A DNA stretch of 64,000 nucleotides from an uncultured Pseudomonadota bacterium (GTDB lineage: Bacteria; Pseudomonadota; Alphaproteobacteria; JACZXZ01), in NCBI GenBank assembly GCA_963749075.1, contig CAVVLJ010000020.1, positions 192,001 to 256,000 on the forward strand, in the 5' to 3' direction. Numbering within the stretch: the stretch's first letter is position 1; every line of letters starts with the position of its first letter. The notes beneath the pieces were generated by a model, which was not told the DNA's origin, did no database searches, and was given only the letters and a program-made list of their open reading frames with translations. Made by a program: the position numbers and the translations under genes. Below, piece after piece: positions 1 to 9,983 of this stretch.

Positions 1-7
1 GGCTGAG

Positions 8-814
8 ATGGAGCGGCTCGCAGGCTCGCCCTTGAGCCGCTCGCTCGCCTGGACGATCGTGCTCTTCCTGGTGCTGCCGGTCGCCGTCGTGGTGCCGGTC
101 TCCCTCACCGACCAGCGCTTCCTCTCGCTGCCGTACCACCACCTCTCGCTGCAGTATTACGAGCGGCTCTTCACCAGCGAGGCCTGGCTCTCCTCGATCG
201 CCCAGAGCCTCGTGATCGCACTGGCTGCGACGCTCATCGCGGTCGCGGCCGGCACGCTCGCTGCCGTCGGCTGCTGGCGCATCAACAGCCGCCTGGCCGA
301 GCTCGTGCGCCTCGTCATGCTGGCGCCCATCATCGTGCCGACCATCGTCTATGCGCTCGGCATCTACCGCATGTGGATCTCGCTCAGGCTGCTCGATAGC
401 TATCTCGGCGTCATCCTGGCGCACGGCGTCACCGCCGTCCCTTACGTGGTCGTCACGGTCTCGACGGCACTCGCCGGCTTCGACGCGCGCCTCGAGCAGG
501 CGGCGCGCAACCTCGGCGCCTCGGTCGGCCAAACGCTGCGCCTGGTCATCCTGCCCAACATCATGCCCGGCGTCGTCTCGGGCGCCATCTTCGCCTTCAT
601 CCACTCCTGGGACGAGCTGGTGATCGTGCTCTTCATCGCGAGCCGCCACATCTTCACGCTCCCGCGCCGCATCTGGGACGGCATCAACGACAACATCGAC
701 CCGACCATGGCCGCCGTCGCGGTGGTGCTGATCGCCGTCGCCTCGGCGCTCCTGGTCGTCGATCTCCTGCTGTTCCGGCGCGGCACGAAAAATGCTAAAG
801 AGTCGGCTAGGTAG
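8..814 (+). CDS. ABC transporter permease (PotC-like)
   Basis: Multi-TM protein with EAA loop (LEQAARNLGAS) and SWDE motif typical of the PotC class. Confidence 0.9.
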   Translation: MERLAGSPLSRSLAWTIVLFLVLPVAVVVPVSLTDQRFLSLPYHHLSLQYYERLFTSEAWLSSIAQSLVIALAATLIAVAAGTLAAVGCWRINSRLAELVRLVMLAPIIVPTIVYALGIYRMWISLRLLDSYLGVILAHGVTAVPYVVVTVSTALAGFDARLEQAARNLGASVGQTLRLVILPNIMPGVVSGAIFAFIHSWDELVIVLFIASRHIFTLPRRIWDGINDNIDPTMAAVAVVLIAVASALLVVDLLLFRRGTKNAKESAR

Positions 815-826
815 GACGAAAGGGGA

Positions 827-1402
827 GTGGCGATGACCATGGACGAGACCGTGAGCTTCACCCGCATGGCGGACGGCACGCGCGAGGAGTATGCCATGCT
901 GGCGGAGAAGTCCGAGGCCTGCTACCGCGCGCTCCCCGGCAACGTCCTCGCCATGCTCGGCCACATGGGCGGCGACAAGCTCGGCTATCAGGTCGACCGC
1001 CTGCAGCATTCGCTGCAGACGGCGACGCGCGCCTTCCGCGACGGCGCCGACGAGGAGACGGTGACCGTGGCGCTCCTCCACGACATCGGCGACACCCTCG
1101 CACCGGAGAATCACGCAGCGCTCGCGGCGGCGGTGCTCAGGCCCTACGTCTCCGAGGCGAACCTCTGGGTGGTGCAGCACCACGGCATCTTCCAGGGCTA
1201 CTACTACTTCCACCACATCGGCGCCGACCGCGACGCGCGCGAGAAGTACCGCGGCCATCCGCACTTCAAGCGCTGCGCCGATTTCTGCGAGCGCTGGGAC
1301 CAGACCTCCTTCGACCCTGCCTACGACACCATGCCGCTCGCCGCCTTCGAGCCCATGGTGCGCCGGCTCTTCTCGCGCAAGGCTTACGAATACGGGAGCT
1401 GA
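827..1402 (+). CDS. HD-domain metalloenzyme (PhnZ/TmpB-like)
   Basis: HSLQTA...ALLHDIG...NH...HH...WD motif pattern. Confidence 0.8.
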   Translation: MAMTMDETVSFTRMADGTREEYAMLAEKSEACYRALPGNVLAMLGHMGGDKLGYQVDRLQHSLQTATRAFRDGADEETVTVALLHDIGDTLAPENHAALAAAVLRPYVSEANLWVVQHHGIFQGYYYFHHIGADRDAREKYRGHPHFKRCADFCERWDQTSFDPAYDTMPLAAFEPMVRRLFSRKAYEYGS

Positions 1403-1415
1403 GGCGGCGTCCGGC

Positions 1416-2081
1416 TCAGGCAGCGCCGCCCGCGATGCGCCGGGCGGTGCGCGCCTCGAGCGCGCGCACGGCGCGGCTCAGCGCCAGGCAGATCACGAAA
1501 TACATGACCGCAAGGCCGGTATAGAGCTCGATCGGGCGCTGCTCGCGCGCGTTGATGATGTTGGCCGAGTGGAACACCTCGGAGACGCCGATGATGCTCG
1601 CGATCGTCGAATCCTGGAACGCGATGATGGTCTGGGTCAAGAGCGACGGCATCATGCGGCCGAGCGCCTGGGGCAGCAGGACGAGGCGGAACACCTGGCT
1701 TTGCGTGAGGCCCGTCGAGAGTCCGGCGCGGCGCTGGGAGAGCGGGATCGACTGCAGGCCCGCGCGCACGATCTCGGTGAAATAGGCGACCTCGAAGGCC
1801 GCAAGTGCCGTGAGTGCAGCACCGTAGGCCGAGTTGGCATGGCCGGTGATCATGGGTCCCGTGTAATAGGCCCAGAACATGATCATGAGGAGCGGGCTGC
1901 TGCGCAGCACGTTCACGTAGGCCGTCACCGGGTAATAGATGAGCGGGCTCCGCGAGAGGCGGCCCGCCGCGAAGAGGCAGGCGATGGGGAGCGCCACCGC
2001 GATGGCGGCGAGCGTCATGCGCAGGTTGTAGTCGATAAGCGCGAGGAGGAGTGCTCCGACGTTGGCGACGAGGGTCGGCAT
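1416..2081 (-). CDS. Polar amino acid ABC permease
   Basis: RSSPLL, EIVRAG and FQDSTI motifs; ATG at 2081 overlaps the upstream TGA. Confidence 0.88.
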   Translation of the reverse strand: MPTLVANVGALLLALIDYNLRMTLAAIAVALPIACLFAAGRLSRSPLIYYPVTAYVNVLRSSPLLMIMFWAYYTGPMITGHANSAYGAALTALAAFEVAYFTEIVRAGLQSIPLSQRRAGLSTGLTQSQVFRLVLLPQALGRMMPSLLTQTIIAFQDSTIASIIGVSEVFHSANIINAREQRPIELYTGLAVMYFVICLALSRAVRALEARTARRIAGGAA

Positions 2082-2800
2082 CAGCGCGCTGCCCCGCGGC
2101 TGAGGAGGCCCGGCACGCGCGTCTTCCGCTCGATCACGGCCATGAGGGCGGCGACCGCCCAGGCGCAGGCGAGATAGACCGCCGTCCCCAGCGTGTTGGC
2201 CTCGATCCAATGGAAGGTCTGGAAGCCGATCTCCTGGGTGAGGTAGGAGGTCTCGACCACGCCCACGGTCATGGCGAGCGACGAGCTCTTGAAGGTGGTG
2301 ACGAACTCGGAGGTGAGGCTCGGCACGATGATGCGGAAGAGGAGCGGGGCCACCACGTAGCGCTGCGTCTGCCACCAGCTGAGGCCGGTCGAGAGGGCGC
2401 TCCAGCGCAAGCCGCGGCCGACGGCATTGAGCCCGGCGCGCACATGCTCGGCGACCTTGGCCGAGGTATAGAGCGAGATGGTGAGGATGGCGCTGCCCAT
2501 CTCCCAGCCGAGGCGGAAGAGCTCCTGGCGCAGCTCCATCGGGAGGAGCCGCGGCAGCACGTAATAGGCGAAGAAGAGCTGCACCAGGAGCGGGATGTTG
2601 CGGAAGATCTCGACGTGGGCGGCGGCGAGGAAGCGCAACGCGCGGTGCGGCGATTCGCGCGCGAGGCCCGCGAGCGTGCCGATGACGAGCGCTGCCGCCC
2701 AGGAGGCGAGCGCCAGCTCGATGGTGACGAGGATGGCGTCAACGACCCAGGCGCCGTAGGGGGCGCGCCACAGCACCGACCAGTCGAGCTGCATCGGCAT
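2081..2800 (-). CDS. Polar amino acid ABC permease
   Basis: EIFRNIPLLVQLFF, EHVRAG and FKSSSL motifs. Confidence 0.9.
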   Translation of the reverse strand: MPMQLDWSVLWRAPYGAWVVDAILVTIELALASWAAALVIGTLAGLARESPHRALRFLAAAHVEIFRNIPLLVQLFFAYYVLPRLLPMELRQELFRLGWEMGSAILTISLYTSAKVAEHVRAGLNAVGRGLRWSALSTGLSWWQTQRYVVAPLLFRIIVPSLTSEFVTTFKSSSLAMTVGVVETSYLTQEIGFQTFHWIEANTLGTAVYLACAWAVAALMAVIERKTRVPGLLSRGAAR

Positions 2801-2831
2801 CGCCGCGCCGCGGCCGCTCTCCCGGCGCGCG

Positions 2832-3765
2832 CTAGCGCGCCGGCCAGGCGTTCATCACGGCAAGCGCCCTGAGCGTGTCGGTCATGGGGAAGGGCGACAC
2901 GCCGTGCGGCCCGAAATACTTGTCGTAGAGCTTCTGCCAGGCGCCGCTCGCGAAGAGTCCGACGATGGTGAGGTCGACGACGCGCTTGAACTTCGAGCTC
3001 TCGGGGCGCAGCGGGAAGGCCTGGAGGAAGGTGTTGATGCCGGGGTCGAAGACGCGCCACTTGGCGGGATCGCTCGCCTTGTCCTTGAGGCCGTAGAGGA
3101 TCGGCCCGTCCGAGCTGTAGCCGTCGACCGAGCCGGTCTCGAGCGCGGTGAAGCCCTGCGGGTGGTCGGGAAAGCCGATGGTGGTCACCGGCGGCTTGAG
3201 GCGGCCCTGGTCGCCGAGCGCGCGGTAGGCCGCCTCCTCGAGCCCGCCGCGCGGCACGCCGATGCGCTTGCCCGCGAGATCGTCGAGCGACTTGAGCCGG
3301 CTCGCCGCCGGCACCAGGACGAGGGTCGAGGTGAGGAAGTCGGGCACCGAGAAGTCCACCACCTTGATGCGCGCCTGGGTCACCACGGTAGCACCTGCCT
3401 CCATGTCGATGGTGCCGTTCTCGAGGAGCGGGATGCGCGTCTCGCTCGTGACGGGGATGTAATTGAGCTTGATCGAGCCGCCGAGCTCCTTCTCCAGGCC
3501 GGCATGGATGGCCTGGGCAATCTCGGTCGCGAAGCCGACGTAGTTGCCGGCCGCGTCCTTGTAGCCGTAGGGCGGCGTCGCCTCGCGCGCACCGAGATTG
3601 AAGCTGCCGGTGCGCTTGATGCGGTCGAGGGTGTCCTCGACGCAAGCCGCGGCTCCTTGCGCCGCGGCCGTGCGGGGCAGCAGCGTGCCTATGCCGAACT
3701 CCTGCCGATAGTGCGAGCAGCCGGCGCCGGCCAACCGCCTGGAAATCGCGCGATTGCTTGGTCAT
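2832..3765 (-). CDS. Amino acid ABC substrate-binding protein (GltI-like); frameshift near 3700 in the Tat signal peptide
   Basis: SBP_bac_3 motifs (PPYGY, RIPLLENGTID); GGAGG RBS + ATG 3765 + GRRRLL lie in a different frame from the mature domain. Confidence 0.82.
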
Positions 3766-3797
3766 TTTCGCCTCCCGTTTCGCTGTTGTCGTCACGC

Positions 3798-4541
3798 TCA
3801 GCCGAGAATGCGCGCGAGGAATTGCTGCGTCCGCGCGTGGCTCGGGTGCTCGAAGAACTCGGCGGCTCCGGCACGCTCGAGAATGCGCCCGTCCGCCATG
3901 AAAAGCACGCGGTCCGCCACCTCGCGCGCGAAGCGCATCTCGTGGCTCACGATCAGCATGGTCATGCCGTCGCGCGCGAGATCGCGGATGGCCTGCAGCA
4001 CCTCGCCCACCATCTCGGGGTCGAGTGCCGAGGTCGGCTCGTCGAACATCATGAGCTTGGGCTCGAGGATGAGGGCGCGGCAGATGGCGACGCGCTGCTG
4101 CTGGCCGCCCGAGAGCTCGGCGGGATATTTGGCGCGCTGGTCGTAGACGCCGAAGCGCGCCAGGAGCGCATCCGCCCTCTCCTCCGCCTCGGCGCGCGTC
4201 CAGCCGAGCACCTTGATCGGCGCCAGCGTCAGGTTCCTCATGCAGCTCATGTGCGGGTAAAGGTCGAATTGCTGGAACACCATGCCGATGCGCGCGCGCA
4301 GGTGCGGCAGGTCGGGTGCATGGCGCACGCTCGTGCCGTCGACGATGACGTCGCCCTCGGCGAAATGCTCGAGCCCGTTGGTGCAGCGCAGGAGCGAGCT
4401 CTTGCCCGAGCCGCTCGGTCCGCAGATGACGATGCGCTCGCCCGCGAAGACGCGCTCGCTCACGTCGTCGAGCGCCCGGAAGCCCCCGTAGCTCAGGCCG
4501 AGGTGGCGGTACTCGAGAAGCGGCGCGGCGGCTTCCGCCAT
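3798..4541 (-). CDS. Amino acid ABC ATP-binding protein
   Basis: GPSGSGKS, LSGGQQQR, FDEPTSALDPE. Confidence 0.95.
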   Translation of the reverse strand: MAEAAAPLLEYRHLGLSYGGFRALDDVSERVFAGERIVICGPSGSGKSSLLRCTNGLEHFAEGDVIVDGTSVRHAPDLPHLRARIGMVFQQFDLYPHMSCMRNLTLAPIKVLGWTRAEAEERADALLARFGVYDQRAKYPAELSGGQQQRVAICRALILEPKLMMFDEPTSALDPEMVGEVLQAIRDLARDGMTMLIVSHEMRFAREVADRVLFMADGRILERAGAAEFFEHPSHARTQQFLARILG

Positions 4542-4585
4542 GGCTCCGTCCTACGCCCCGTGCTCACAATAATTGCGGCGAGCGT

Positions 4586-4687
4586 CACCCCCTCCCCACC
4601 CTCCCCCTTCAAGGGGGAGGGGGACTTTTGGCGCTGCGCCCAACACTTCCCCTCCCCCCTTGAGGGGGAGGGTTAGGGTGGGGGGTG
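4586..4687. repeat. REP-like palindromic intergenic element, family A
   Basis: CACCCCCTCCCC...CTCCCCCTTCAAGGGGGAG / CTCCCCCCTTGAGGGGGAG...GGGGGTG inverted arms; related copies at 12646 and 38697. Confidence 0.85.
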
Positions 4688-4712
4688 TCCTACGCATCAA
4701 TGACTCCAGATA

Positions 4713-5975
4713 TCAGGCGAAGCGGTCCGCACGGAACGGTGCCAGGTCGAGCGAAGGCTCCCGCCCGGCCACGAGCTCGGCGATGAGCTTTCCCGTCATG
4801 GGTCCGCCGGTCATGCCGACGTGGCCGTGGCCGAACGCATAATGCACGTCGCCCGAGCGGCGCGACGGCCCGATGACGGGAAGCGAATCGGGCAGGCTCG
4901 GCCGGTGGCCCATCCAGAGCGAGAGGCGCTCCTCGGCATGCTCGGCGGCAAGGCCCGGGAAGAGGCGCCGGCCTTGCCGGAGCAGCACGCGGGCGCGCCG
5001 CCAGTCGGGCGGTGCGGCGAGCCCGGCGAGCTCGACCGTGCCGGCGAAGCGCAGGCCCTCCTCCATGGGCGTCGCCACGAATTTGCCCGAGGCGTCGCTC
5101 ACGGGAAGGCGCGGGGCGCTCTCCGGGTCGCGGATCATGAGGTGATAGCCGCGCTCGGTCTCGAGCGGCACGCGGTTGCCGAGCTCGGCCGCGAGCGGCC
5201 TGGAATAGGCGCCGGCCGCCACCACCGCGGCGTCGGCGGGAAGCTCGCCCGCATCGGTGCGGATGGCGCGGAGCCGCCGCCCCTCGAGCACGAAGCCGAG
5301 TGCCTGGCAGCGCACGACCCTGCCGCCCCGGCGCTCGAAGGCTTGCGCGAGAGCGGCAACGAGGCGGCCGGGATTGGTGGTATGGCCGTTGGCGGGCACG
5401 TGGATGCCGCGCACGAACTCGCGTGCGAGGCTGGGCTCGAGCTGGCGCAGCTCCTCGGCGCCGAGCTCCTCGAAGGCGATGCCGTTCCGCCGGCGGAGCT
5501 CCCAGGCCGCGTCGTCCTTGGCGCGCTCGGCCGCCGAGCGGTAGACCACGAGGTGGCCCAGGCGGCGCACCAGATCCTCCGCCCCCGCCTCCTTGACGAG
5601 CGGCTGCAGCACCTCGAGGCAGGGGCCGAGGAGGCCGCGGAGTGCCTTGGCCTGGGCCTCGACGCGCTCTCGCGTGCCGGCGCGGACGAAGCGCACGAGC
5701 CAGGGTGCCAGCGCCGGCAGATAACTCCAGCGGATGGCGAGCGGCCCAAGCGGATCGCTCAGCCACTTCGGCACGTTGCGCAAGGTGCCCGGCATCGACA
5801 TGGGCACGATCGAGGAGGGATTGAAGCAGCCCGCATTGCCGAAGGAGGCGCCCTCGCCGGGCGGCTTCGGGTCGATGACGAAGACCTCGTGACCGTCGCG
5901 TTGCAGGTAGCTCGCCGCGGCAATGCCCACCATGCCCGCGCCGATCACCCCGACCTTCTTCTTCTCCGCCGCCAT
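4713..5975 (-). CDS. FAD-dependent D-amino acid dehydrogenase family protein (DadA-like)
   Basis: GAGMVG, ASFGNAG, ERGYH, RPSLPDSLP, FGHGHVGMT. Confidence 0.9.
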   Translation of the reverse strand: MAAEKKKVGVIGAGMVGIAAASYLQRDGHEVFVIDPKPPGEGASFGNAGCFNPSSIVPMSMPGTLRNVPKWLSDPLGPLAIRWSYLPALAPWLVRFVRAGTRERVEAQAKALRGLLGPCLEVLQPLVKEAGAEDLVRRLGHLVVYRSAAERAKDDAAWELRRRNGIAFEELGAEELRQLEPSLAREFVRGIHVPANGHTTNPGRLVAALAQAFERRGGRVVRCQALGFVLEGRRLRAIRTDAGELPADAAVVAAGAYSRPLAAELGNRVPLETERGYHLMIRDPESAPRLPVSDASGKFVATPMEEGLRFAGTVELAGLAAPPDWRRARVLLRQGRRLFPGLAAEHAEERLSLWMGHRPSLPDSLPVIGPSRRSGDVHYAFGHGHVGMTGGPMTGKLIAELVAGREPSLDLAPFRADRFA

Positions 5976-6059
5976 CGTCCCCGCCGCCTTGCTTGAGCGT
6001 TATACCAAAGCCCGCAGCGAGACTATATGCTTTGCGCGGCCGGAAATGGAGGTGCCGCG

Positions 6060-6956
6060 ATGAAGGGAATCGACGTGGGCTCGATGAGCCTCACGAGCGT
6101 CGTCGAGATCGAGCGCATCGTCATCGATCTCGCCTGGATGTTCCCGGAGGCGCCCGCCGACTGGATCGAGGAGAACATCGACTGGCTCGACGCGCGGCTC
6201 CTGGCCCCGGGTGCCGGCAAGATCGTCATCGCCATGCAGAGCTTCGTCATCCGCGCAGGCAAGCGCACCATCCTCGTCGACACCTGCATCGGCAACCACA
6301 AGGAGCGCCCGACGCTTCCCTGGATGCACCGGCTCGAGACGCCCTACCTCGAGAACCTGGCTGCTGCTGGCGTGCGGCCGGAGGAGGTGGATGTCGTGCT
6401 CTGCACCCATCTCCATGCCGATCACGTGGGCTGGAACACGCGCCTCTCGGGCGGGCGCTGGGTCCCCACCTTCCCCAACGCGCGCTACGTCATCGCCCGC
6501 GCCGAGTTCGACGAGTTCATGCGCCAGCACAACGCGAAGCCCGAGGTGCCGGTCGCGCGCGGCGCATTCCAGGATAGCGTGCTGCCGGTGGTCGAGGCCG
6601 GCCAAGCCGATTTCGTCGCGGCGGACCACGCGGTCGAGCGCGATCTCGACCACGGCATCTGGCTCGAGCCGACGCCCGGCCATACGCTCGGCCACGTGGC
6701 CGTGCATGTGAAGGGTGCCAAGGGCCATGCGCTCCTCACGGGCGATGCCATCCACCATCCCATCCAGTTCTCCGGCCTCGACGTGCGCATGGCGACGGAC
6801 GCGGACCGCGCCCAGGCGGCGGCCACGCGCCGGCGCCTCGCCGAGACCTACGCCGAGAGCGACACGCTCCTCGTCCCGGCGCACTTCCCCGACCCTACCG
6901 CCGGCCGCGTCGTCCGCCGCGGCAAGCACTTCGGCTTCCGCTGGCTCGAGAGCTGA
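6060..6956 (+). CDS. MBL-fold metallo-hydrolase
   Basis: THLHADHVG, PGHT, GDAIH, AHF; GGAGG RBS. Confidence 0.92.
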   Translation: MKGIDVGSMSLTSVVEIERIVIDLAWMFPEAPADWIEENIDWLDARLLAPGAGKIVIAMQSFVIRAGKRTILVDTCIGNHKERPTLPWMHRLETPYLENLAAAGVRPEEVDVVLCTHLHADHVGWNTRLSGGRWVPTFPNARYVIARAEFDEFMRQHNAKPEVPVARGAFQDSVLPVVEAGQADFVAADHAVERDLDHGIWLEPTPGHTLGHVAVHVKGAKGHALLTGDAIHHPIQFSGLDVRMATDADRAQAAATRRRLAETYAESDTLLVPAHFPDPTAGRVVRRGKHFGFRWLES

Positions 6957-6967
6957 CGAGCGGGCGT

Positions 6968-7056
6968 TCCCTCACCCGGCTCGCTACGCTCGCCACCCTC
7001 TCCCGCATGCGGGAGAGGGAAGGGGCCCATCCCGAAGGGATGGGAAGGGTGAGGGA
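6968..7056. repeat. REP-like palindromic element, family B
   Basis: TCCCTCACCC...GGGTGAGGGA ends with internal hairpins; near-identical 89-bp copy at 26520-26608. Confidence 0.88.
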
Positions 7057-7063
7057 CCCCTCG

Positions 7064-7915
7064 CTACTCCAATTCTATCAGCACCGGCTGGTGATCGGAG
7101 GCCGGCGTCTCGACGTCGACCGCGACCTCGCGCACGCGAGGGGCGAGGTCCTCCGTCACGAAGACGAAGTCGCGGCAATGGGCGCCTTGCGGCCATTGCG
7201 CGGCGTCGTGGATGCCGCAGGTGGGCGCATGGGGCACGGCAGAATGGGCGAGCGGCCAGGCGTCGCGGAAGGCCGGCACGCCGTCCGCGAAGCCGGCGAG
7301 CATGCGGCCATAGGCGGGCTCGCTCGTCTCGCAATTGAAGTCGCCGCAGACGAGGGCGCTCGCCGGGCGCGCCACGGTGCGGTAGGTGCCCTGGCTCAGG
7401 TCGGGCTTGTCGGGATGGAGGGCGCGCAGGGCCGCCTCGGCGTGGAGCTCGCGCAGCCGCTCGATCTGCGCCGCGCGGTGGGCCACGGAATAGAATTCGA
7501 GATGGGTGGTCAGCACGCGAAGCGGGCCGAAAGAGGTCTCGATCACCGCCTCGAGCGCCTGGCGCTGCATGCTGCGCCGGCCGGCCTCGGCCGGGCGCGG
7601 CAGCAGATGGGAGAGCGCCTGCAGGACGGGAAGGCGCGAGAGCACCATGTTGCCGAACTGGCGGCGGCGCCCGTCGGCTGCGGCGAAATCGATGGCCGGC
7701 CGGAAGATGGGCGCGTGATCCGGCAGCAGGCCGGCGAGGATAGCCGGCTGGTCGGCACCCTCGCCGTTGTCGGCCGCGGGGAAGTTGACAGCGATCTCCT
7801 GCAGGCAGAGCACGTCCGCTTGGCCGAGCGCACGCGCCGTCTCGACGATGCGGCGCAAGTCGACGATGCCGTCGCAGCCCTTGCCGCATTGGATGTTCCA
7901 GGTGATGAGCTTCAC
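7064..7915 (-). CDS. Endonuclease/exonuclease/phosphatase (EEP) family protein
   Basis: TWNI, LCLQE, GDFN, ASDH motifs. Confidence 0.92.
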   Translation of the reverse strand: MKLITWNIQCGKGCDGIVDLRRIVETARALGQADVLCLQEIAVNFPAADNGEGADQPAILAGLLPDHAPIFRPAIDFAAADGRRRQFGNMVLSRLPVLQALSHLLPRPAEAGRRSMQRQALEAVIETSFGPLRVLTTHLEFYSVAHRAAQIERLRELHAEAALRALHPDKPDLSQGTYRTVARPASALVCGDFNCETSEPAYGRMLAGFADGVPAFRDAWPLAHSAVPHAPTCGIHDAAQWPQGAHCRDFVFVTEDLAPRVREVAVDVETPASDHQPVLIELE

Positions 7916-7941
7916 TGCTTTGCGCCCCTCTTGCCGCGCCG

Positions 7942-9774
7942 TCAGCTTACAATACGCTGCCGCTTGCGGCCCGCCTCATAGGCGGCGCGCGCGGCGGCGA
8001 CCGCGGGGCGGCGCGAGGTCTCGGGCACCGGCACGTCCCACCAGGCGCCGCCCGCGGCCGTGCTCGCGGCGGGATCGGTCGCGATGACGATGACCATCGT
8101 GCGCGGCGCCGCCTTCGCCTCGGCGAGTGCGCTCTCGAGCTCGGCGATGCTCGCCACTTTCCGTGAAAGGGCGCCGAGGCTTGCGGCATGGGCCGCGAAA
8201 TCGACGCCGCTGCCGCCAGGAAAGAGATTGTTGAAGCCCTCGTCGCCGACGCTCGCTTGCAGGCGCTCGATGCAGCCGAAGCCGCCGTTGTCGAGCAGCA
8301 CGATGATGAGTTTCCGCCCCATCTTGACCGAGGTGGCGATCTCGGAGTTCATCATGAGATAGGAGCCGTCGCCGACCAGCACATAGACCTCGTGCTCGGG
8401 TGCCGCCATCTTGGCGCCGAGCCCGCCGGCGATCTCGTAGCCCATGCAGGAATAGCCGTACTCCACGTGATAGCTGCCGGCGCTGCGGCAGCGCCAGAGC
8501 TTGTGGAGCTCGCCTGGAAGGCCGCCCGCGGCGCCCACCACCAGGTCCGCGGGACCGGCGGCGCGGTTGACGGCGCCGAGCACCTGGGCGTCGCTCGGCA
8601 GCGGCGCGTTCGTGGCCGCGGTCGCCCGCGCTACCGCCGCGTTCCACGCGTCCGCGCGCTTCCTCGCCTTCTTGGTCCAGCCGGCGGGCGCGCGCCAGTC
8701 GCCGAGGCTTGCCGAGAGCGCCTCGAGCCCCTCGCGCGCATCCGAGACGAGCGGCAGGGCGCCGTGCTTCGCCGCATCGTAAGCCGCGGCATTGAGCTGG
8801 ACGAGCGTGGCGGCGGGGTTTTGGAAGAGGCTGCGCGAGGCCGTCGTGAAATCGGTGAGGCGCGTGCCGCAGGCGAGCACCAAGTCCGCCTCGGCGGCGA
8901 GCGCGTTGGCGGCCGTGCCGCCGGTGACGCCTATGGCACCCACGGAAGCGGCATGGTCCCAGGCAAGCGCCCCCTTGCCGGCCTGGGTCTCCGCCACGGG
9001 AACGCCGTGGCGCTCGGCGAATTTTGCCAGCGTGCCGCAGGCGAGCGCGTCATGCACGCCGCCGCCCGCGATGACGAGCGGCCGCCGCGCGCAGCGCACT
9101 GCCGCCGCCGCTTGGGCGAGCTCGCCCGCGTCCGGCGGCGGGCGGCGCGGGCGCCAGACGCGCTGCCGGAAGAACGGCTCCGGGTAGTCCCAGGCCTCGG
9201 CCTGCACGTCCTGCGGCAGCGCCAGGGTGACCGGGCCGCAGTCCGCCGGGTCGCTGAGGACGCGCATCGCCTGGGGCAGGCTCTCGAGGAGCTGCTCGGG
9301 CCTGAGGATGCGGTCCCACCAGCGCGACACCGGGCGGAAGCAGTCGTTGACCGAGACCGTGGGGTCGCCGAAACCCTCGATCTGCTGCAGCACCGGGTCC
9401 GGGCGCCGGCTCGCAAAGACGTCGCCGGGAAGGAGCAGCACCGGCAGGCGGTTGGCGTGGGCGAGGGCCGCCGCCGTCACCATGTTGGTAGCACCCGGCC
9501 CGATCGAGCTGGTGCAGGCCATCGCCCGGCGCCTGGCACTCGCCTTGGCGAAGGCGATCGCAGCAATGGCCATCGCCTGCTCGTTGTGGGCGCGGAAGGT
9601 CGGGAGCTCTCTCCGCGCGGCGTGGAGGGCGGTGCCCAGGCCCGCCACGTTGCCGTGGCCGAAGATCGCGAAGACGCCGGCGAAATAGGGCACCGACCTC
9701 CCGTCCATCTCGCTCCGCTGCGCTGCGATAAAGCGCACCAGCGCCTCAGCCATGGTGAGACGGACCGTGCGCAT
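7942..9774 (-). CDS. iolD: 3D-(3,5/4)-trihydroxycyclohexane-1,2-dione acylhydrolase
   Basis: IFGHGNVAG, HNEQAM, EYGYSCMGYE and TPP motif GDGSYLM. Confidence 0.95.
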   Translation of the reverse strand: MRTVRLTMAEALVRFIAAQRSEMDGRSVPYFAGVFAIFGHGNVAGLGTALHAARRELPTFRAHNEQAMAIAAIAFAKASARRRAMACTSSIGPGATNMVTAAALAHANRLPVLLLPGDVFASRRPDPVLQQIEGFGDPTVSVNDCFRPVSRWWDRILRPEQLLESLPQAMRVLSDPADCGPVTLALPQDVQAEAWDYPEPFFRQRVWRPRRPPPDAGELAQAAAAVRCARRPLVIAGGGVHDALACGTLAKFAERHGVPVAETQAGKGALAWDHAASVGAIGVTGGTAANALAAEADLVLACGTRLTDFTTASRSLFQNPAATLVQLNAAAYDAAKHGALPLVSDAREGLEALSASLGDWRAPAGWTKKARKRADAWNAAVARATAATNAPLPSDAQVLGAVNRAAGPADLVVGAAGGLPGELHKLWRCRSAGSYHVEYGYSCMGYEIAGGLGAKMAAPEHEVYVLVGDGSYLMMNSEIATSVKMGRKLIIVLLDNGGFGCIERLQASVGDEGFNNLFPGGSGVDFAAHAASLGALSRKVASIAELESALAEAKAAPRTMVIVIATDPAASTAAGGAWWDVPVPETSRRPAVAAARAAYEAGRKRQRIVS

Positions 9775-9819
9775 TCCTTGCCCTCCCCGCCCTATTGTTG
9801 TCTCTTCAATCCGCGCAAG

Positions 9820-9932
9820 CTCATCCTTCGAGACGCGATCCTGCGGATCGCTCCTCAGGATGAGGACCCGGATGTGGGTGTTTCGCCTCATCCTGAGGAG
9901 CAACCCGAGAGGGTTGCGTCTCGAAGGATGAG
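9820..9932. repeat. REP-like inverted doublet, family C
   Basis: CTCATCCTTCGAGACGC...GCTCCTCAGGATGAGG followed by an inverted copy CCTCATCCTGAGGAGC...GCGTCTCGAAGGATGAG. Confidence 0.85.
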
Positions 9933-9983
9933 GCGAAACCGGCCACCTCCGGTTCTTATCGAACTATAGCGGATGAGCCGGCC

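Noticed and set aside
9775-9903. N-terminal extension of IolD
   Set aside because: It runs through the REP doublet; an RBS precedes ATG 9774
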